The notes: generated by a model from the letters alone, not told the origin. A stretch of 64,000 bases of DNA from Candidatus Cloacimonadota bacterium (GCA_049903315.1 JBNGBT010000001.1:1-64000), one strand, 5' to 3'; shown: positions 28,615 through 38,600, numbered from the stretch's first letter. Made by a program: numbers and translations.

Positions 28615-29947
28615 AACTTTGCCTGAAGGATGGATTGAGATTAAGCTTTTAGAACTAGTGCTTAATAAAAAGGGTAAGAAACCAAAGCAATTTTCTAATA
28701 TACTAAAAGATGGATTTTTGCCTTATATTGATATTAAAGCATTTGAAAAAAGTGAAATCACTAAATATGGTGAAATAAATTCGTCTTCTTTAATTAATAG
28801 AAATGATATATTGGTTGTCTGGGATGGAGCCAGATTTGGATTCGTGGGTAAAGTTCAAGAAGGTGCAGCAGGTTCAACAATAATGATTATTACACCTTGT
28901 ATAATTGATAGCATCTATACTTATTATTTCTTACAACACAAGTATCCTTATATCAATTCTAATCCAAAAGGTACAGGTATACCTCATGTAAATCCAGAGA
29001 TCTTTTGGAACATGCCTATCCCTCTCCCACCACTTGCCGAACAAAAACGCATTGCTGCCAAACTGGATGCTGGTTTACCACACATTGAGAATCTGAAAGA
29101 AAGGCTAGAAAATGCAAAAGAATTAATAAAACAATTCCGCCAAAGTGTGCTCAATGCTGCAGTAACCGGGAAATTGTCGGAAGAGTGGAGGGAAAAGAAT
29201 CAAGATATCGGAGGATGGATAATAGGCGAATTTTCAAAATTTTGTGATATAATACCTGGTTACGCTTTTTCAAGTCGTGATTTTATTAAAAAAGGGATAG
29301 AAGTTGTAAAAATAGCAAATATTCAATATGGATTGTACGAAGATTCAATCAATCAAGAATACTTACCATTATCTTTTTTGGATAAACATTCAAGATTTAT
29401 AGTCCGAAAAAATGATATCTTAATGGCATTAACTCGTCCAATAACAAACGATACTCTTAAAGTATGTTTATTTCCCAAAGGAAGAGGAATTGCATTACTA
29501 AATCAACGAGTTTCACTAATTAAACCTTATCGCACAGTTTCAAAAAATTATTTATTGTTATTTATGCAGTCTGAAAATTTCAAAAATGAAGTAAGATCTA
29601 ATTTAAGTGAAACCCTTCAACCAAATTTATCTCCAAAAGATCTAGCAAAAATAATAATAAATTTACCTTCTTTCGAGGAACAATGTGAAATCATCCGTCG
29701 GGTGGAGAAGTTGTTTGGAGTAGCGGATAAACTAGAAGCACGTTTGTATAAGATTAATCAGTATGTTGAGGATTTAGGTAAATCTGAGCTGGTAAAAGCC
29801 TTCCGGGGAGAACTTGTACCCACCGAAGCTGAACTCGCTGAAAAGGAAGGACGAAGCTACGAAACAGCAGAAGAATTGCTGGAAAGAATAAAAGCGGAGA
29901 AGAATAAATTGGAAGAGGAGAGAAAGGGGAAGAAAGGTTGTAAGTAA
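28601..29947 (+). CDS. hsdS: type I R-M specificity subunit
   Basis: LPEGW start; two TRDs each followed by P.PP..EQ..I; AFRGEL...E.A.ELLERI tail. Confidence 0.93.
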   Translation: MEMNKTLPEGWIEIKLLELVLNKKGKKPKQFSNILKDGFLPYIDIKAFEKSEITKYGEINSSSLINRNDILVVWDGARFGFVGKVQEGAAGSTIMIITPCIIDSIYTYYFLQHKYPYINSNPKGTGIPHVNPEIFWNMPIPLPPLAEQKRIAAKLDAGLPHIENLKERLENAKELIKQFRQSVLNAAVTGKLSEEWREKNQDIGGWIIGEFSKFCDIIPGYAFSSRDFIKKGIEVVKIANIQYGLYEDSINQEYLPLSFLDKHSRFIVRKNDILMALTRPITNDTLKVCLFPKGRGIALLNQRVSLIKPYRTVSKNYLLLFMQSENFKNEVRSNLSETLQPNLSPKDLAKIIINLPSFEEQCEIIRRVEKLFGVADKLEARLYKINQYVEDLGKSELVKAFRGELVPTEAELAEKEGRSYETAEELLERIKAEKNKLEEERKGKKGCK

Positions 29948-29966
29948 TCTATAGACCGCTAATATT

Positions 29967-30632
29967 ATGAAAAAGATAAAAGATTTACCTAAAAATGAAC
30001 GACCACGAGAAAAACTTCTCGAAACAGGAGCTCAGAATTTATCCGATCGAGAGTTGCTTGCTGTTATCCTTGGAAAAGGTACAAAAAATCTTGATGTTCT
30101 GGCATTATCCAGAAAGATTATGAAACTCATCGATAAAGAGGGGATCGATTTTGATATTGCTAGTATACTTGAAATTGAGGGAATTGGAACTGCAAAAGCC
30201 GCATTACTTTCTGCAGCGTTTGAGTTTGTGCGGAGAAGAGTCAAGCCAGAAGGGCTCAAGATAAAATTTCCTGCAGATGTATTGCCGCTCATTCAGCATT
30301 TCGCAGATCGTAAGCAGGAACATTTTCTTTGCATTTCAATTAATGGCGCTAACGAAGTGATGAACATCCGAGTTGTTACAATTGGTTTAGTCAATAAAAC
30401 ACAAGTTCATCCACGAGAAGTCTTTGCTGATGTCATTGCCGAGAGAGCTTCCGCTGTTATTTTTGCTCACAATCATCCCAGTGGAGAGCTTGAACCAAGT
30501 GATGAAGATGTTGCAGTTACTAAACGACTTATAGAAGCGGGAAAATTATTAGGGATAAAAGTTATAGATCATATAATCTTTAACAAGAAAGGATTTTATA
30601 GCTTCCTTGATGAGGGATTACTCCCAAACTAA
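29967..30632 (+). CDS. radC: RadC/JAB-domain protein
   Basis: RPREKL, GIG.AKA HhH, VHPREVF, AHNHPSG...PS..D and DHII motifs. Confidence 0.93.
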   Translation: MKKIKDLPKNERPREKLLETGAQNLSDRELLAVILGKGTKNLDVLALSRKIMKLIDKEGIDFDIASILEIEGIGTAKAALLSAAFEFVRRRVKPEGLKIKFPADVLPLIQHFADRKQEHFLCISINGANEVMNIRVVTIGLVNKTQVHPREVFADVIAERASAVIFAHNHPSGELEPSDEDVAVTKRLIEAGKLLGIKVIDHIIFNKKGFYSFLDEGLLPN

Positions 30633-30660
30633 TAGATTTATCAATTGAAACAAGATCAGT

Positions 30661-30891
30661 TTACTTCTTTTCTACTTCCCCTCCCCCCTCTTTCCTCTTC
30701 TTCATCATTGCTCCCATTGGTCCCCATATAAGTATCAAATGCGCTAAAGTGCCGCCTATGAGAAGACGGTTTATACTTTCTTTGTATGGCGTGCCCTTGA
30801 GCAGGATCGCGGCACCGATAATGACCGCACCCCAGATGATCGCACTTCCAATTATGAATGCACCATAAGTTATTGCTTTATTTTTGTTCAT
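30661..30891 (-). CDS. small 2-TM membrane protein
   Basis: Two hydrophobic segments; overlaps the end of the TraB gene; GGAAG SD. Confidence 0.7.
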   Translation of the reverse strand: MNKNKAITYGAFIIGSAIIWGAVIIGAAILLKGTPYKESINRLLIGGTLAHLILIWGPMGAMMKKRKEGGGEVEKK

Positions 30892-31834
30892 AAGAAACTT
30901 CCTTTTCTAATTGCTTTAAAGTATATCCTTTTTCTTGCAGACGTGCAAGCAGTCCGTCATCTCCTACCATATGAAAAACCCCGACAATGATGAAATAGGT
31001 GTGCTTTTCTTCATTTTCCACCAGATCGATGATCTCCTGCACCATTTCCTCTTCCCTTTGCGTGAACATCCTGTCATAATAATCTGCCATGCCGGGCATT
31101 TCTTCTTCCAAGCTCAGGATCTTTTCTTTGGAGATTGAGTTCAGTTTCTTTGTATCTCCGTCCTGCCATGCGACCAGCATTTCATTGAAGTTCTCGCCAG
31201 CATTTTCAAATTCATCCATGGTATACTCGAGGTAGTCGATCTGTGTGTCTTCGTCCATAGAAGAGATTGCTTCCAGTTGTGACGTTGCCTCTTCAAGCTC
31301 AATGATCTCCATTTCTTTTTCATGTGCCTGGTTCAAAAAGTGCATATCGATACCCAGTCCTGTCTCTATATCGATTTTCTGCAATGCGCCCATTCCGAGA
31401 TTCAAACTCACGAACCATGGCTTGAACATGTTCAGTTGCTGCTCGCTGAGACCAAGTTCTGCGAAGTCGGCTACAAGGGTGTCGAATAACGCTTCGTCAA
31501 GTCTGCTTTGCAGATTGGTGCTGTCCCGATAGATCGCATGCAAGCCAATAAAATTATTTATTACATTCTGATCGAGCGTGGTGGCATCGAGCTCAACGAC
31601 CAGAACATCACTTTCATCGAACGCACCTTCGATCGTGCTGTCCAGCGGATAGGCATCTTCCGGCATAACATGGATAGATCCTAAGAGGAATGCCTTGTTA
31701 TGACCGCCCTGAATTTCCCACATGCAAAGGTCTGCATAGAGTGCTGAGGTGAGTAACAGAACAAGGCACACAACTGCGATGGCTGTCAGTATTTTTTTTC
31801 CCGAAAACCGGGAAGTTGTTGTAATCATTTTCAT
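30878..31834 (-). CDS. TraB/GumN (TIKI) family metalloprotease, exported
   Basis: LLGSIH, VVELD, PWF, GIDMHF, ELE....Q and VGVFHMVG..GL...L...GY motifs. Confidence 0.88.
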   Translation of the reverse strand: MKMITTTSRFSGKKILTAIAVVCLVLLLTSALYADLCMWEIQGGHNKAFLLGSIHVMPEDAYPLDSTIEGAFDESDVLVVELDATTLDQNVINNFIGLHAIYRDSTNLQSRLDEALFDTLVADFAELGLSEQQLNMFKPWFVSLNLGMGALQKIDIETGLGIDMHFLNQAHEKEMEIIELEEATSQLEAISSMDEDTQIDYLEYTMDEFENAGENFNEMLVAWQDGDTKKLNSISKEKILSLEEEMPGMADYYDRMFTQREEEMVQEIIDLVENEEKHTYFIIVGVFHMVGDDGLLARLQEKGYTLKQLEKEVSYEQK

Positions 31835-32688
31835 TTTTTTCTCCTGAATATTTCTTTTTCTGCTATATTAAAATATGAAAAAATAGATTGGTAGCTGCGT
31901 ATGATATGCTTGATGCTCTCAATCGTAGTATTCTCGTCATTATAGATTATTTCAAGTATTTCCGAGAGTACGCATTCTATGATCGAACCGCTGAAGTGAA
32001 TGAGTGAGAGGAATGCATCCTGTATCCAGACCGCATGTATCATTTCTTCACCTGACCGGTCAAAAAATGCAATGAGAGTTTCATTTGCATCTTTTATGAT
32101 GATCAGCCATTGCCCGAGTAATTCATCCAGTACGATATCCGATTCTGTTTTAGCGATCTGGCGTACCCCTTTGATGGTTTCATCAGCATAATGTTTGAGG
32201 AATATCTGCAAACCTCTTGAATTATTCTCAAGGATGTGCGGGGTGATCATTTGCAGGGGAGTGGGGAAGCTGTCTATGATGAGAGAATGTTCTGCGCTTT
32301 CGATCATGCTTATAACCTTTTCATACACGAGCTCGCTGGATTGCAGTTCATAAATACCAATAGGTTCCTGTTTCACATTAAGCTTATCAACCTCCTCAAT
32401 GATCCCTTCTCTTTTTTTGGTGAACTCTTTCTCAATCTTATTCAGAAATTGCTCGATGGGGATAGTATCGTAGTACAGTTTGTTCGAAGTATTGTCGCTT
32501 ATAACTGCACCTTTGCGCTCCAGACTTTTCAGCGCTTTGTATGTATTGGCAACCGGTTTCCCGATTTTGGAAGCGATCTTATAGCCGGTGCTGCGTTTGT
32601 TTTCAAGCAGCCAGATATAGATGGTTGCTTCGAGGTTGGACAGCCCCATTTCACCAAGCAGGTCAGCAAGCTTATTCTGAGTTTTCAT
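31831..32688 (-). CDS. TrmB-family transcriptional regulator (likely start 32688, MKTQNK)
   Basis: LGLS..EA.IY..LL...TGY.IA...G......Y..L.SL..KG wHTH; AGGA SD before ATG 32688. Confidence 0.85.
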   Translation of the reverse strand: MKTQNKLADLLGEMGLSNLEATIYIWLLENKRSTGYKIASKIGKPVANTYKALKSLERKGAVISDNTSNKLYYDTIPIEQFLNKIEKEFTKKREGIIEEVDKLNVKQEPIGIYELQSSELVYEKVISMIESAEHSLIIDSFPTPLQMITPHILENNSRGLQIFLKHYADETIKGVRQIAKTESDIVLDELLGQWLIIIKDANETLIAFFDRSGEEMIHAVWIQDAFLSLIHFSGSIIECVLSEILEIIYNDENTTIESIKHIIRSYQSIFSYFNIAEKEIFRRKK

Positions 32689-32701
32689 ATATATCCTATT
32701 T

Positions 32702-32724
32702 AGTAGTAGTTTTATGCTACTACT
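32702..32724. promoter_or_regulatory. candidate operator AGTAGTAG-N7-CTACTACT
   Basis: Perfect 8-bp inverted repeat between TTGACA (32744-32749, minus) and the TrmB start. Confidence 0.6.
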
Positions 32725-32882
32725 TTTTGGCATTGTTTTTATTTGTCAAATTTTTTAATTTATTTATTGCTATTTTGAGTCTTTAATGCGCTCAGACTCT
32801 ATTATTAATTTTTAGAATCATTTCATTGACAAAAAAAATCAATATGTTACTAAATTTTTAAAAACACGAATGGGATCATAAT

Positions 32883-33407
32883 ATGATAATTGTGAAATTA
32901 GTTTCTAAAATTATTAAACTTCTGGAATCCGCAGCATCACCTGCGCAGCTCTCATGGGGATTTGTGCTTGGGATGTTCCTCGGTTTTATTCCGGGATTCA
33001 GTCTTTTTAAGATATTCATAGTACTTCTTATCATTCTGCTCAATGTGAACATTACAATGGCGATCGTGTCCCTTGCTCTGTGCGGTTTACTCGGGCTGCT
33101 TCTGGACGGATTGTTCCATTCGATCGGTTTTTCCCTTCTCACGCAGGTCTCATTTCTGCAGGGCTTCTGGACGGCTCTCTATAATACTCCGATATTCCCA
33201 TATTCACGCTTCAATAATACTGTAGTATTGGGAGCGCTTATCAGCTCGATCGTGCTCATCGCACCGGTTTTTTTCCTTATCAAAACACTGGTCATGCTCT
33301 ACAGGAATAAGCTCTCCGCCAGAGTGAAGAAGCTCAAGATCGTCAAAGTGCTTTCCACATCCAAGCTTGTGGGCTTGTACAAGAAGATCAAAGTGGTGGG
33401 GGGATAA
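32883..33407 (+). CDS. TIGR03546-family membrane protein
   Basis: SP.QL..GF.LG...G..P and RFNNTVVLG motifs; paired with the next gene. Confidence 0.85.
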   Translation: MIIVKLVSKIIKLLESAASPAQLSWGFVLGMFLGFIPGFSLFKIFIVLLIILLNVNITMAIVSLALCGLLGLLLDGLFHSIGFSLLTQVSFLQGFWTALYNTPIFPYSRFNNTVVLGALISSIVLIAPVFFLIKTLVMLYRNKLSARVKKLKIVKVLSTSKLVGLYKKIKVVGG

Positions 33408-33408
33408 C

Positions 33409-35283
33409 ATGCGTGTAAAAGGGATAATATTTTTAGCAGTTCTTGCAATTATCGTTGTGGTGCTTTCACTCATTTTTTCGGATAGCTGGCTGGAAAAACA
33501 AATGGAAAAAACAGGCAGCAAAATGGTGGGCGCACGAGTCGAATTTGAGGGATTGAATTTTTCACTTTTCAGCTTGAGACTGTCATGGGACAGCATGCAG
33601 GTAGCCAATCCTGATGATGTGTGGCAAAACTCGTTTGAATCGGGATACACAGAGTTCAATCTTGCATTTGCACCGCTCCTGAAAAAGAAATTTGTAATCG
33701 AGAACCTGCAGATGAGCGAGGTGGCTTTTAATACGGAGCGAAGCACGGACGGCTCTCTTCCTGCAAAGTGGAAACCTGGTAAGAAGGAGGACAAGCCGGA
33801 AAAGAAAACACCTGAATTCATCAAAAATATTGAAGCAGGGATCAAGGATGAGGTCAAGCAATTGCCGGTTATGAATATGGATCAGTACACAAAGGATATT
33901 AACGTGGATAGTCTGCTGGCAGCGATCAACCTGAAGACGCCGCAAAAAGTTGATTCTCTAAAAGAGGTATATACTCAGAAATATGCACAGTGGCAAAAAC
34001 GAATAGAAGATCTGCCGGATCAGCAGGATGTGAAGGAGCTTGAGACCCAGGTGAAAAGCATTGATGTGAATAATATCAAAAGTGTAAAAGATGCCGAACA
34101 AGCCATGGCAACGATTAAAGGTATTCTCGATAAAGCAGAACAGTATAAGAAGCAATATAACGATATTCAGCAGGCGATAGGTCAGGATTCAAAGCTCGCA
34201 CAAAATACATCGGGTGAGGTAACGGTATGGATAGATCAGGATAAAGCGAAAGTACTTTCCTATGCAAAACTTCCGGATCTCTCCGTGGGAAACATGGGTA
34301 AGATCGTATTTGGCAAAAGGGTGATCGAGCAAGTCGATAAGATCACGAACTATATAGGAAAAGCGAAATATTACCTGGACATACTCAAAAAAAATGACAA
34401 GCCCAAAAAAGTTAAAGCTCCCCGTTCAAAAGGACAGAATATATCATTTCCCCTCAAACCGGGCACGATCTATCCTTCTTTCTGGATAAAAAAGATCGAG
34501 TTTTCGGGAACTACAGAAACCGGCTTCAAATTCGCGGGACTTATCACGGATATTACAAGCGATCAGAAACTTATTGATACTCCGACAGTGCTCTTTGCCC
34601 AGGGAATCCGGCAGGATAACGCACAGCTTGATGTGGAACTAACTTTTGATTATCGATCTGAACAGAGCGAGGAAAAGCTGGTAGTTCAGATGAGCAATCT
34701 TCCAATGAAAAATGTGACACTCAGCGATACGCCGCTTCTGCCGAGTAGGATAGAAAAGGGCACAGGAAAAATAGATGCGATCATGCTGCTTCAGCGTCCG
34801 GATTTTGATGCACGGATTGATTTTGTCGCTGAAAATATTGAGTATGCCCCTTCTTCCAAGAATGAGAAAATGGATGCCCGTCTTGTGCGTATCAGCGAGC
34901 AGCTTACGGCTTCGATACATACAATAGATTTCAAAGCAAAGCTCTGGCAGGATGCAAGAGAACCGCTCAAATTCACACTCACCAGCAATCTTGATAAGAT
35001 ACTTACACAGGCAGCAAAAGATGTATTCCAGCAGGAATTGGAACAGGCTAAAAAAGAACTTCGAGCCAGAGTAGATGCCGAACTGCAAAAGTATAAAGAC
35101 CAGCTCAACCAGGAAATTATGACGCAGCAGCAGAAACTGCAAAAACTTTTTGATGATCAAAAAACACGATTTAATGGCGAATTTGCAGTGCTCGAAAATC
35201 TTATTGGCGAAGACGAAGATATTCTTGGAAATGTACTGCAAAACCAGGCAAAGGATCTGCTGGACGGTCTGTTCAAGTTCTAA
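33409..35283 (+). CDS. TIGR03545-family protein (N-terminal anchor, AsmA-like, coiled coils)
   Basis: GARVE, QVANP..W.N, PLL.KK.VIE, F.T.R.T.G, G.NI.F, P.FWIKK and SNLD motifs; start MRVKG. Confidence 0.82.
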   Translation: MRVKGIIFLAVLAIIVVVLSLIFSDSWLEKQMEKTGSKMVGARVEFEGLNFSLFSLRLSWDSMQVANPDDVWQNSFESGYTEFNLAFAPLLKKKFVIENLQMSEVAFNTERSTDGSLPAKWKPGKKEDKPEKKTPEFIKNIEAGIKDEVKQLPVMNMDQYTKDINVDSLLAAINLKTPQKVDSLKEVYTQKYAQWQKRIEDLPDQQDVKELETQVKSIDVNNIKSVKDAEQAMATIKGILDKAEQYKKQYNDIQQAIGQDSKLAQNTSGEVTVWIDQDKAKVLSYAKLPDLSVGNMGKIVFGKRVIEQVDKITNYIGKAKYYLDILKKNDKPKKVKAPRSKGQNISFPLKPGTIYPSFWIKKIEFSGTTETGFKFAGLITDITSDQKLIDTPTVLFAQGIRQDNAQLDVELTFDYRSEQSEEKLVVQMSNLPMKNVTLSDTPLLPSRIEKGTGKIDAIMLLQRPDFDARIDFVAENIEYAPSSKNEKMDARLVRISEQLTASIHTIDFKAKLWQDAREPLKFTLTSNLDKILTQAAKDVFQQELEQAKKELRARVDAELQKYKDQLNQEIMTQQQKLQKLFDDQKTRFNGEFAVLENLIGEDEDILGNVLQNQAKDLLDGLFKF

Positions 35284-35308
35284 ATAATTAATATACGAAT
35301 AATAAAGA

Positions 35309-35336
35309 GAAGGCGATAAAGCGCATTATCGCCTTC
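35309..35336. terminator. 11-bp stem hairpin, possible terminator or processing site
   Basis: GAAGGCGATAA-N6-TTATCGCCTTC; weak U-tract. Confidence 0.5.
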
Positions 35337-35384
35337 ATCTAACATTTTATTGACAGCACCAAGCATTGATTTCCCAATTTATAT

Positions 35385-36467
35385 ATGAAAAAAATATTCA
35401 TTATCGTGCTTGTATTCATAATTTCACTCATACTCCTCGCATCATCGCGTGGTCTTGAGTTACTGAAGGAAGCACAGTTTTATGAAAAGCTCGATGACGG
35501 CTCTGTTCAATGTACACTTTGCCCCAATTATTGCAGATTACCGGAGGGCATCAAAGGATTATGCCGTGTCCGCCAGAATATTGATGGCATATTGTATTCT
35601 CTTGTATATAACAAGCCCGTTTCTGTGAATATCGATCCTATCGAGAAGAAACCTCTCTATCATTTTTACCCTGGCTCAAAAATACTTTCTCTTGCCACAG
35701 TGGGATGCAACCTGCGGTGTAATTTCTGCCAGAATTGGACAATATCACAATCAAATCCAGACGAAGTACGATCCTATGATGCCACTCCTGAGGAGATTGT
35801 CGAACTGGCAAAGGAGTATAAGTGCAAGAGCATTGCCTTCACCTATACAGAACCAACCGTTTTTTATGAATACATGATCGACATTGCGAAATGTGCACAT
35901 GAAAACGACATCAAAACCGTGTGGGTAACCTGCGGCTACATAAACGAAGAGCCGCTCCGAAAACTCATTCCGTACCTCGATGCGGCAAACATCGACCTGA
36001 AAGGGTATTCCGAAGATTTTTACTCGACCTATACAACGGGCACACTTGAGCCGGTTCTCCGAACCATCGAGATATGCAAGGAGGAAGGGCTCTATTTTGA
36101 GATAACAAACCTGGTTATCCCGGATGCGAATGATGATCCTGAAATGATACGCGATATGTGCGTGTGGCTGAAAGAAACGATTGGAACAGAGTACCCGCTT
36201 CATTTTTCGAGATTTTCACCTCAATTCAAGCTGACGAACAGACCGCCCACGCCAGTAAAAACACTCGAGAAAGCATACGAGATCGCAAAAGATGTTGGTT
36301 TGAAATATGTGTATATAGGAAATGTGGTCACAGCTTCCGAAGATACCTTTTGCCCGAACTGCGGAAAGAAGATCATAGACAGGTACGGATTTAGTGTGCA
36401 GGAGATAAATATTTCAGATGGCAAATGTGATTTTTGCGGACATGAAATATTTGGCGAGTTTGAATAA
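35385..36467 (+). CDS. amrS: AmmeMemoRadiSam radical SAM enzyme, with N-terminal hydrophobic signal or anchor
   Basis: C.LCP..C...G.C.VR, DPIEKKPLYHF.PG, GCNLRCNFCQNW.ISQ, TY.EP, NIDLK, PLHFSRF and C-terminal CP.C/C..C. Confidence 0.95.
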   Translation: MKKIFIIVLVFIISLILLASSRGLELLKEAQFYEKLDDGSVQCTLCPNYCRLPEGIKGLCRVRQNIDGILYSLVYNKPVSVNIDPIEKKPLYHFYPGSKILSLATVGCNLRCNFCQNWTISQSNPDEVRSYDATPEEIVELAKEYKCKSIAFTYTEPTVFYEYMIDIAKCAHENDIKTVWVTCGYINEEPLRKLIPYLDAANIDLKGYSEDFYSTYTTGTLEPVLRTIEICKEEGLYFEITNLVIPDANDDPEMIRDMCVWLKETIGTEYPLHFSRFSPQFKLTNRPPTPVKTLEKAYEIAKDVGLKYVYIGNVVTASEDTFCPNCGKKIIDRYGFSVQEINISDGKCDFCGHEIFGEFE

Positions 36468-36473
36468 ACTTTC

Positions 36474-38600
36474 ATGAAAAAGAAATACCTCCTTTTCATC
36501 GCATTAGGAGTCAGTTCACTCATTGGTCAAACAGTACTTCTGCGTGAAATGCTCATCGAAGTACGCGGGAACGAGATTGTCTTTTCAATCTACCTTTCAT
36601 TGTGGCTTTTAATGATTGCAGCGGGGAGTTTACTCGGAAGATACCTCTTGCATAAAAAGAATTTCGAAAGATGGATTTCAGCAGGTTATATATTACTTTC
36701 GGTTCTTCTGATCTTGCAATTCTTCGGGATTCGATTATTGGGGAATGCGTTCACGATCATTTCCGGCGAAATGTTCAGCATTGGGAATATGTTTCTGCTT
36801 GCACTGATCATTCTTACGCCAGGATGCCTGATACTCGGCGCATTATTTCCATTGTTATGTACAGCCATCAAGTCGATGAAAGACCCGGTGCACGAAGGAT
36901 ATATTTTTGAGAGTATCGGCATTGTGGTTGGCGGTATACTCTTTGCTGTCGGGATACTTTTTTTTAAGCATATCCAACTGCTTGTGGTTATCGGATTACT
37001 CAACAGCATCATTCTGTTTTTGATTTTTAAAAGGAAGTATCTATTCATACCGATCGTGATCTTTTTTGTGTTTGCTTTCTTCGCGGAGCACATTTTTATG
37101 GATATCTATGCCCGGAAATATATTCCCCAAACACTTCAGTTCTCGCGTGATTCCAAGTACGGCAGACTCGATGTGACCGAAGAGCAGGAGCAGATGAATT
37201 ATTTCTGGAATGGAGAACTTTTTGCTCACACTGATAATAAAATGTATGCAGCACAGATGGTGAATTTCGTCATGATGCAAAATCCTCATGCACAAAAAGT
37301 GCTGCTCGTGGGAGGGATGCTAAACGGGTTTATTTCCGAGATAACACAATATCAATCCCTCGAATACATCGACTATCTCGAACTGGATAAAAACATGATC
37401 GCCTTTGCTCCCCACCATCCGGATGTGCAGTATATTCAGGACGACCCGGTTCGTTTTTTACGGACTACTTCAGAGAAATATGATATCATTTTTATTGATG
37501 TGCCAGATCCCACATCCCTGCTGCTGAACCGTTATTATACAATGGATTTTTTTACACTTGCACAAAAGCATTTCTCGACAGATTCTTCACTTCTGGCGAT
37601 TACTCTGAGCAGCGGGGCAAATTTCATGACGCCGGAACTTGTACTGCTCAATGCGTCGGTATGGAATACATTTGCCGAAGTGTTTCCCTGCACGATCGTA
37701 ATCCCTTCGATAAAAAATATTTTCATAGGAAGCAAGGCAGAAATACTCACGAATAATGTCGAAAAACTTCAATTACGCGCAGAAGGTCACCAATCCGAAT
37801 GGTTTAATAAAACTGTAATTTTTGAGAGGTGCAATGCTTTGCGGTTACAGCAATTTTTCAGATCGATAAAGGGGAAAGGAGATCTGAATACAATTGCCGA
37901 TCCTGTTGCCTATCTCTCCGCAGTAACGGTTTGGACGAGTATTTTGGAAATGAATATTAATTCAACTCTGGCATGGATGAAAACTCATAGCGGATTGCTC
38001 TTTGTACTCAGCATTATTCTCGTTCTTGTACTCGCTTTCAGCGCTTCTAAACTGAATATTCAATCTCAAACTCAGACCGATATGCAGATTTTTTTGGTAA
38101 GTCTTGTAAATTTTGTGATGCAGCTGGTGCTTCTCAACCTCTTCCAGATGCAGTTTGGAAATATCTATTTCATGGTCTTTTTGTTCACCTCGTTCTTTAT
38201 AATCGGACTGGCTGCTGGGTTTGTATTCCGTAAGAGAGTCCGATTAAATATTTCATTATTGTATGTGCTCAATATTATTTTTGCAGGAAGTGTCTGGCTC
38301 ATATTTGATGTGCTGATGCCCGGCATTGTATATTTATTTTTCAATATACTTTTTGCCTTTCTTGAGGGGAGCATTCTATCAAAACTTCTTGATGTGAAGT
38401 ATCAGAAAGAGAGCATTCAAAGTGGAAGTTCGTTTTATTTTTTAGATAGTCTAGGGTCCATGGTCGGGGGGCTGATCATAGGTGTGCTATTATTTCCTGT
38501 TCTTGGAATTAGGAGTAGTGTCCTTGTGCTAGTGTGTTTACTTGTGATAAATCTACTTTTAGGAGTATTGCCGCAGAGCACACAGAGAGCACTAAGATAA
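36474..38600 (+). CDS. polytopic membrane protein with central spermidine-synthase-like (class I SAM-binding) domain
   Basis: Q..LLRE.....GNE TM block; SKYG, VLLVGG, ELD, DP..F and YDIIFIDVPDP; C-terminal TM block with D.LGS..GG. Confidence 0.85.
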   Translation: MKKKYLLFIALGVSSLIGQTVLLREMLIEVRGNEIVFSIYLSLWLLMIAAGSLLGRYLLHKKNFERWISAGYILLSVLLILQFFGIRLLGNAFTIISGEMFSIGNMFLLALIILTPGCLILGALFPLLCTAIKSMKDPVHEGYIFESIGIVVGGILFAVGILFFKHIQLLVVIGLLNSIILFLIFKRKYLFIPIVIFFVFAFFAEHIFMDIYARKYIPQTLQFSRDSKYGRLDVTEEQEQMNYFWNGELFAHTDNKMYAAQMVNFVMMQNPHAQKVLLVGGMLNGFISEITQYQSLEYIDYLELDKNMIAFAPHHPDVQYIQDDPVRFLRTTSEKYDIIFIDVPDPTSLLLNRYYTMDFFTLAQKHFSTDSSLLAITLSSGANFMTPELVLLNASVWNTFAEVFPCTIVIPSIKNIFIGSKAEILTNNVEKLQLRAEGHQSEWFNKTVIFERCNALRLQQFFRSIKGKGDLNTIADPVAYLSAVTVWTSILEMNINSTLAWMKTHSGLLFVLSIILVLVLAFSASKLNIQSQTQTDMQIFLVSLVNFVMQLVLLNLFQMQFGNIYFMVFLFTSFFIIGLAAGFVFRKRVRLNISLLYVLNIIFAGSVWLIFDVLMPGIVYLFFNILFAFLEGSILSKLLDVKYQKESIQSGSSFYFLDSLGSMVGGLIIGVLLFPVLGIRSSVLVLVCLLVINLLLGVLPQSTQRALR
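38568..38596. repeat. period-9 CTCTGYG-family repeat (reverse orientation) forming the last codons (LPQSTQRAL) of the upstream gene
   Basis: Reverse complement resembles 19179-19207. Confidence 0.7.

Noticed and set aside
32689..32733. Extended TrmB N-terminus (MPKSSSIKLLL)
   Set aside because: Spans the operator palindrome and promoter; the SD supports ATG 32688
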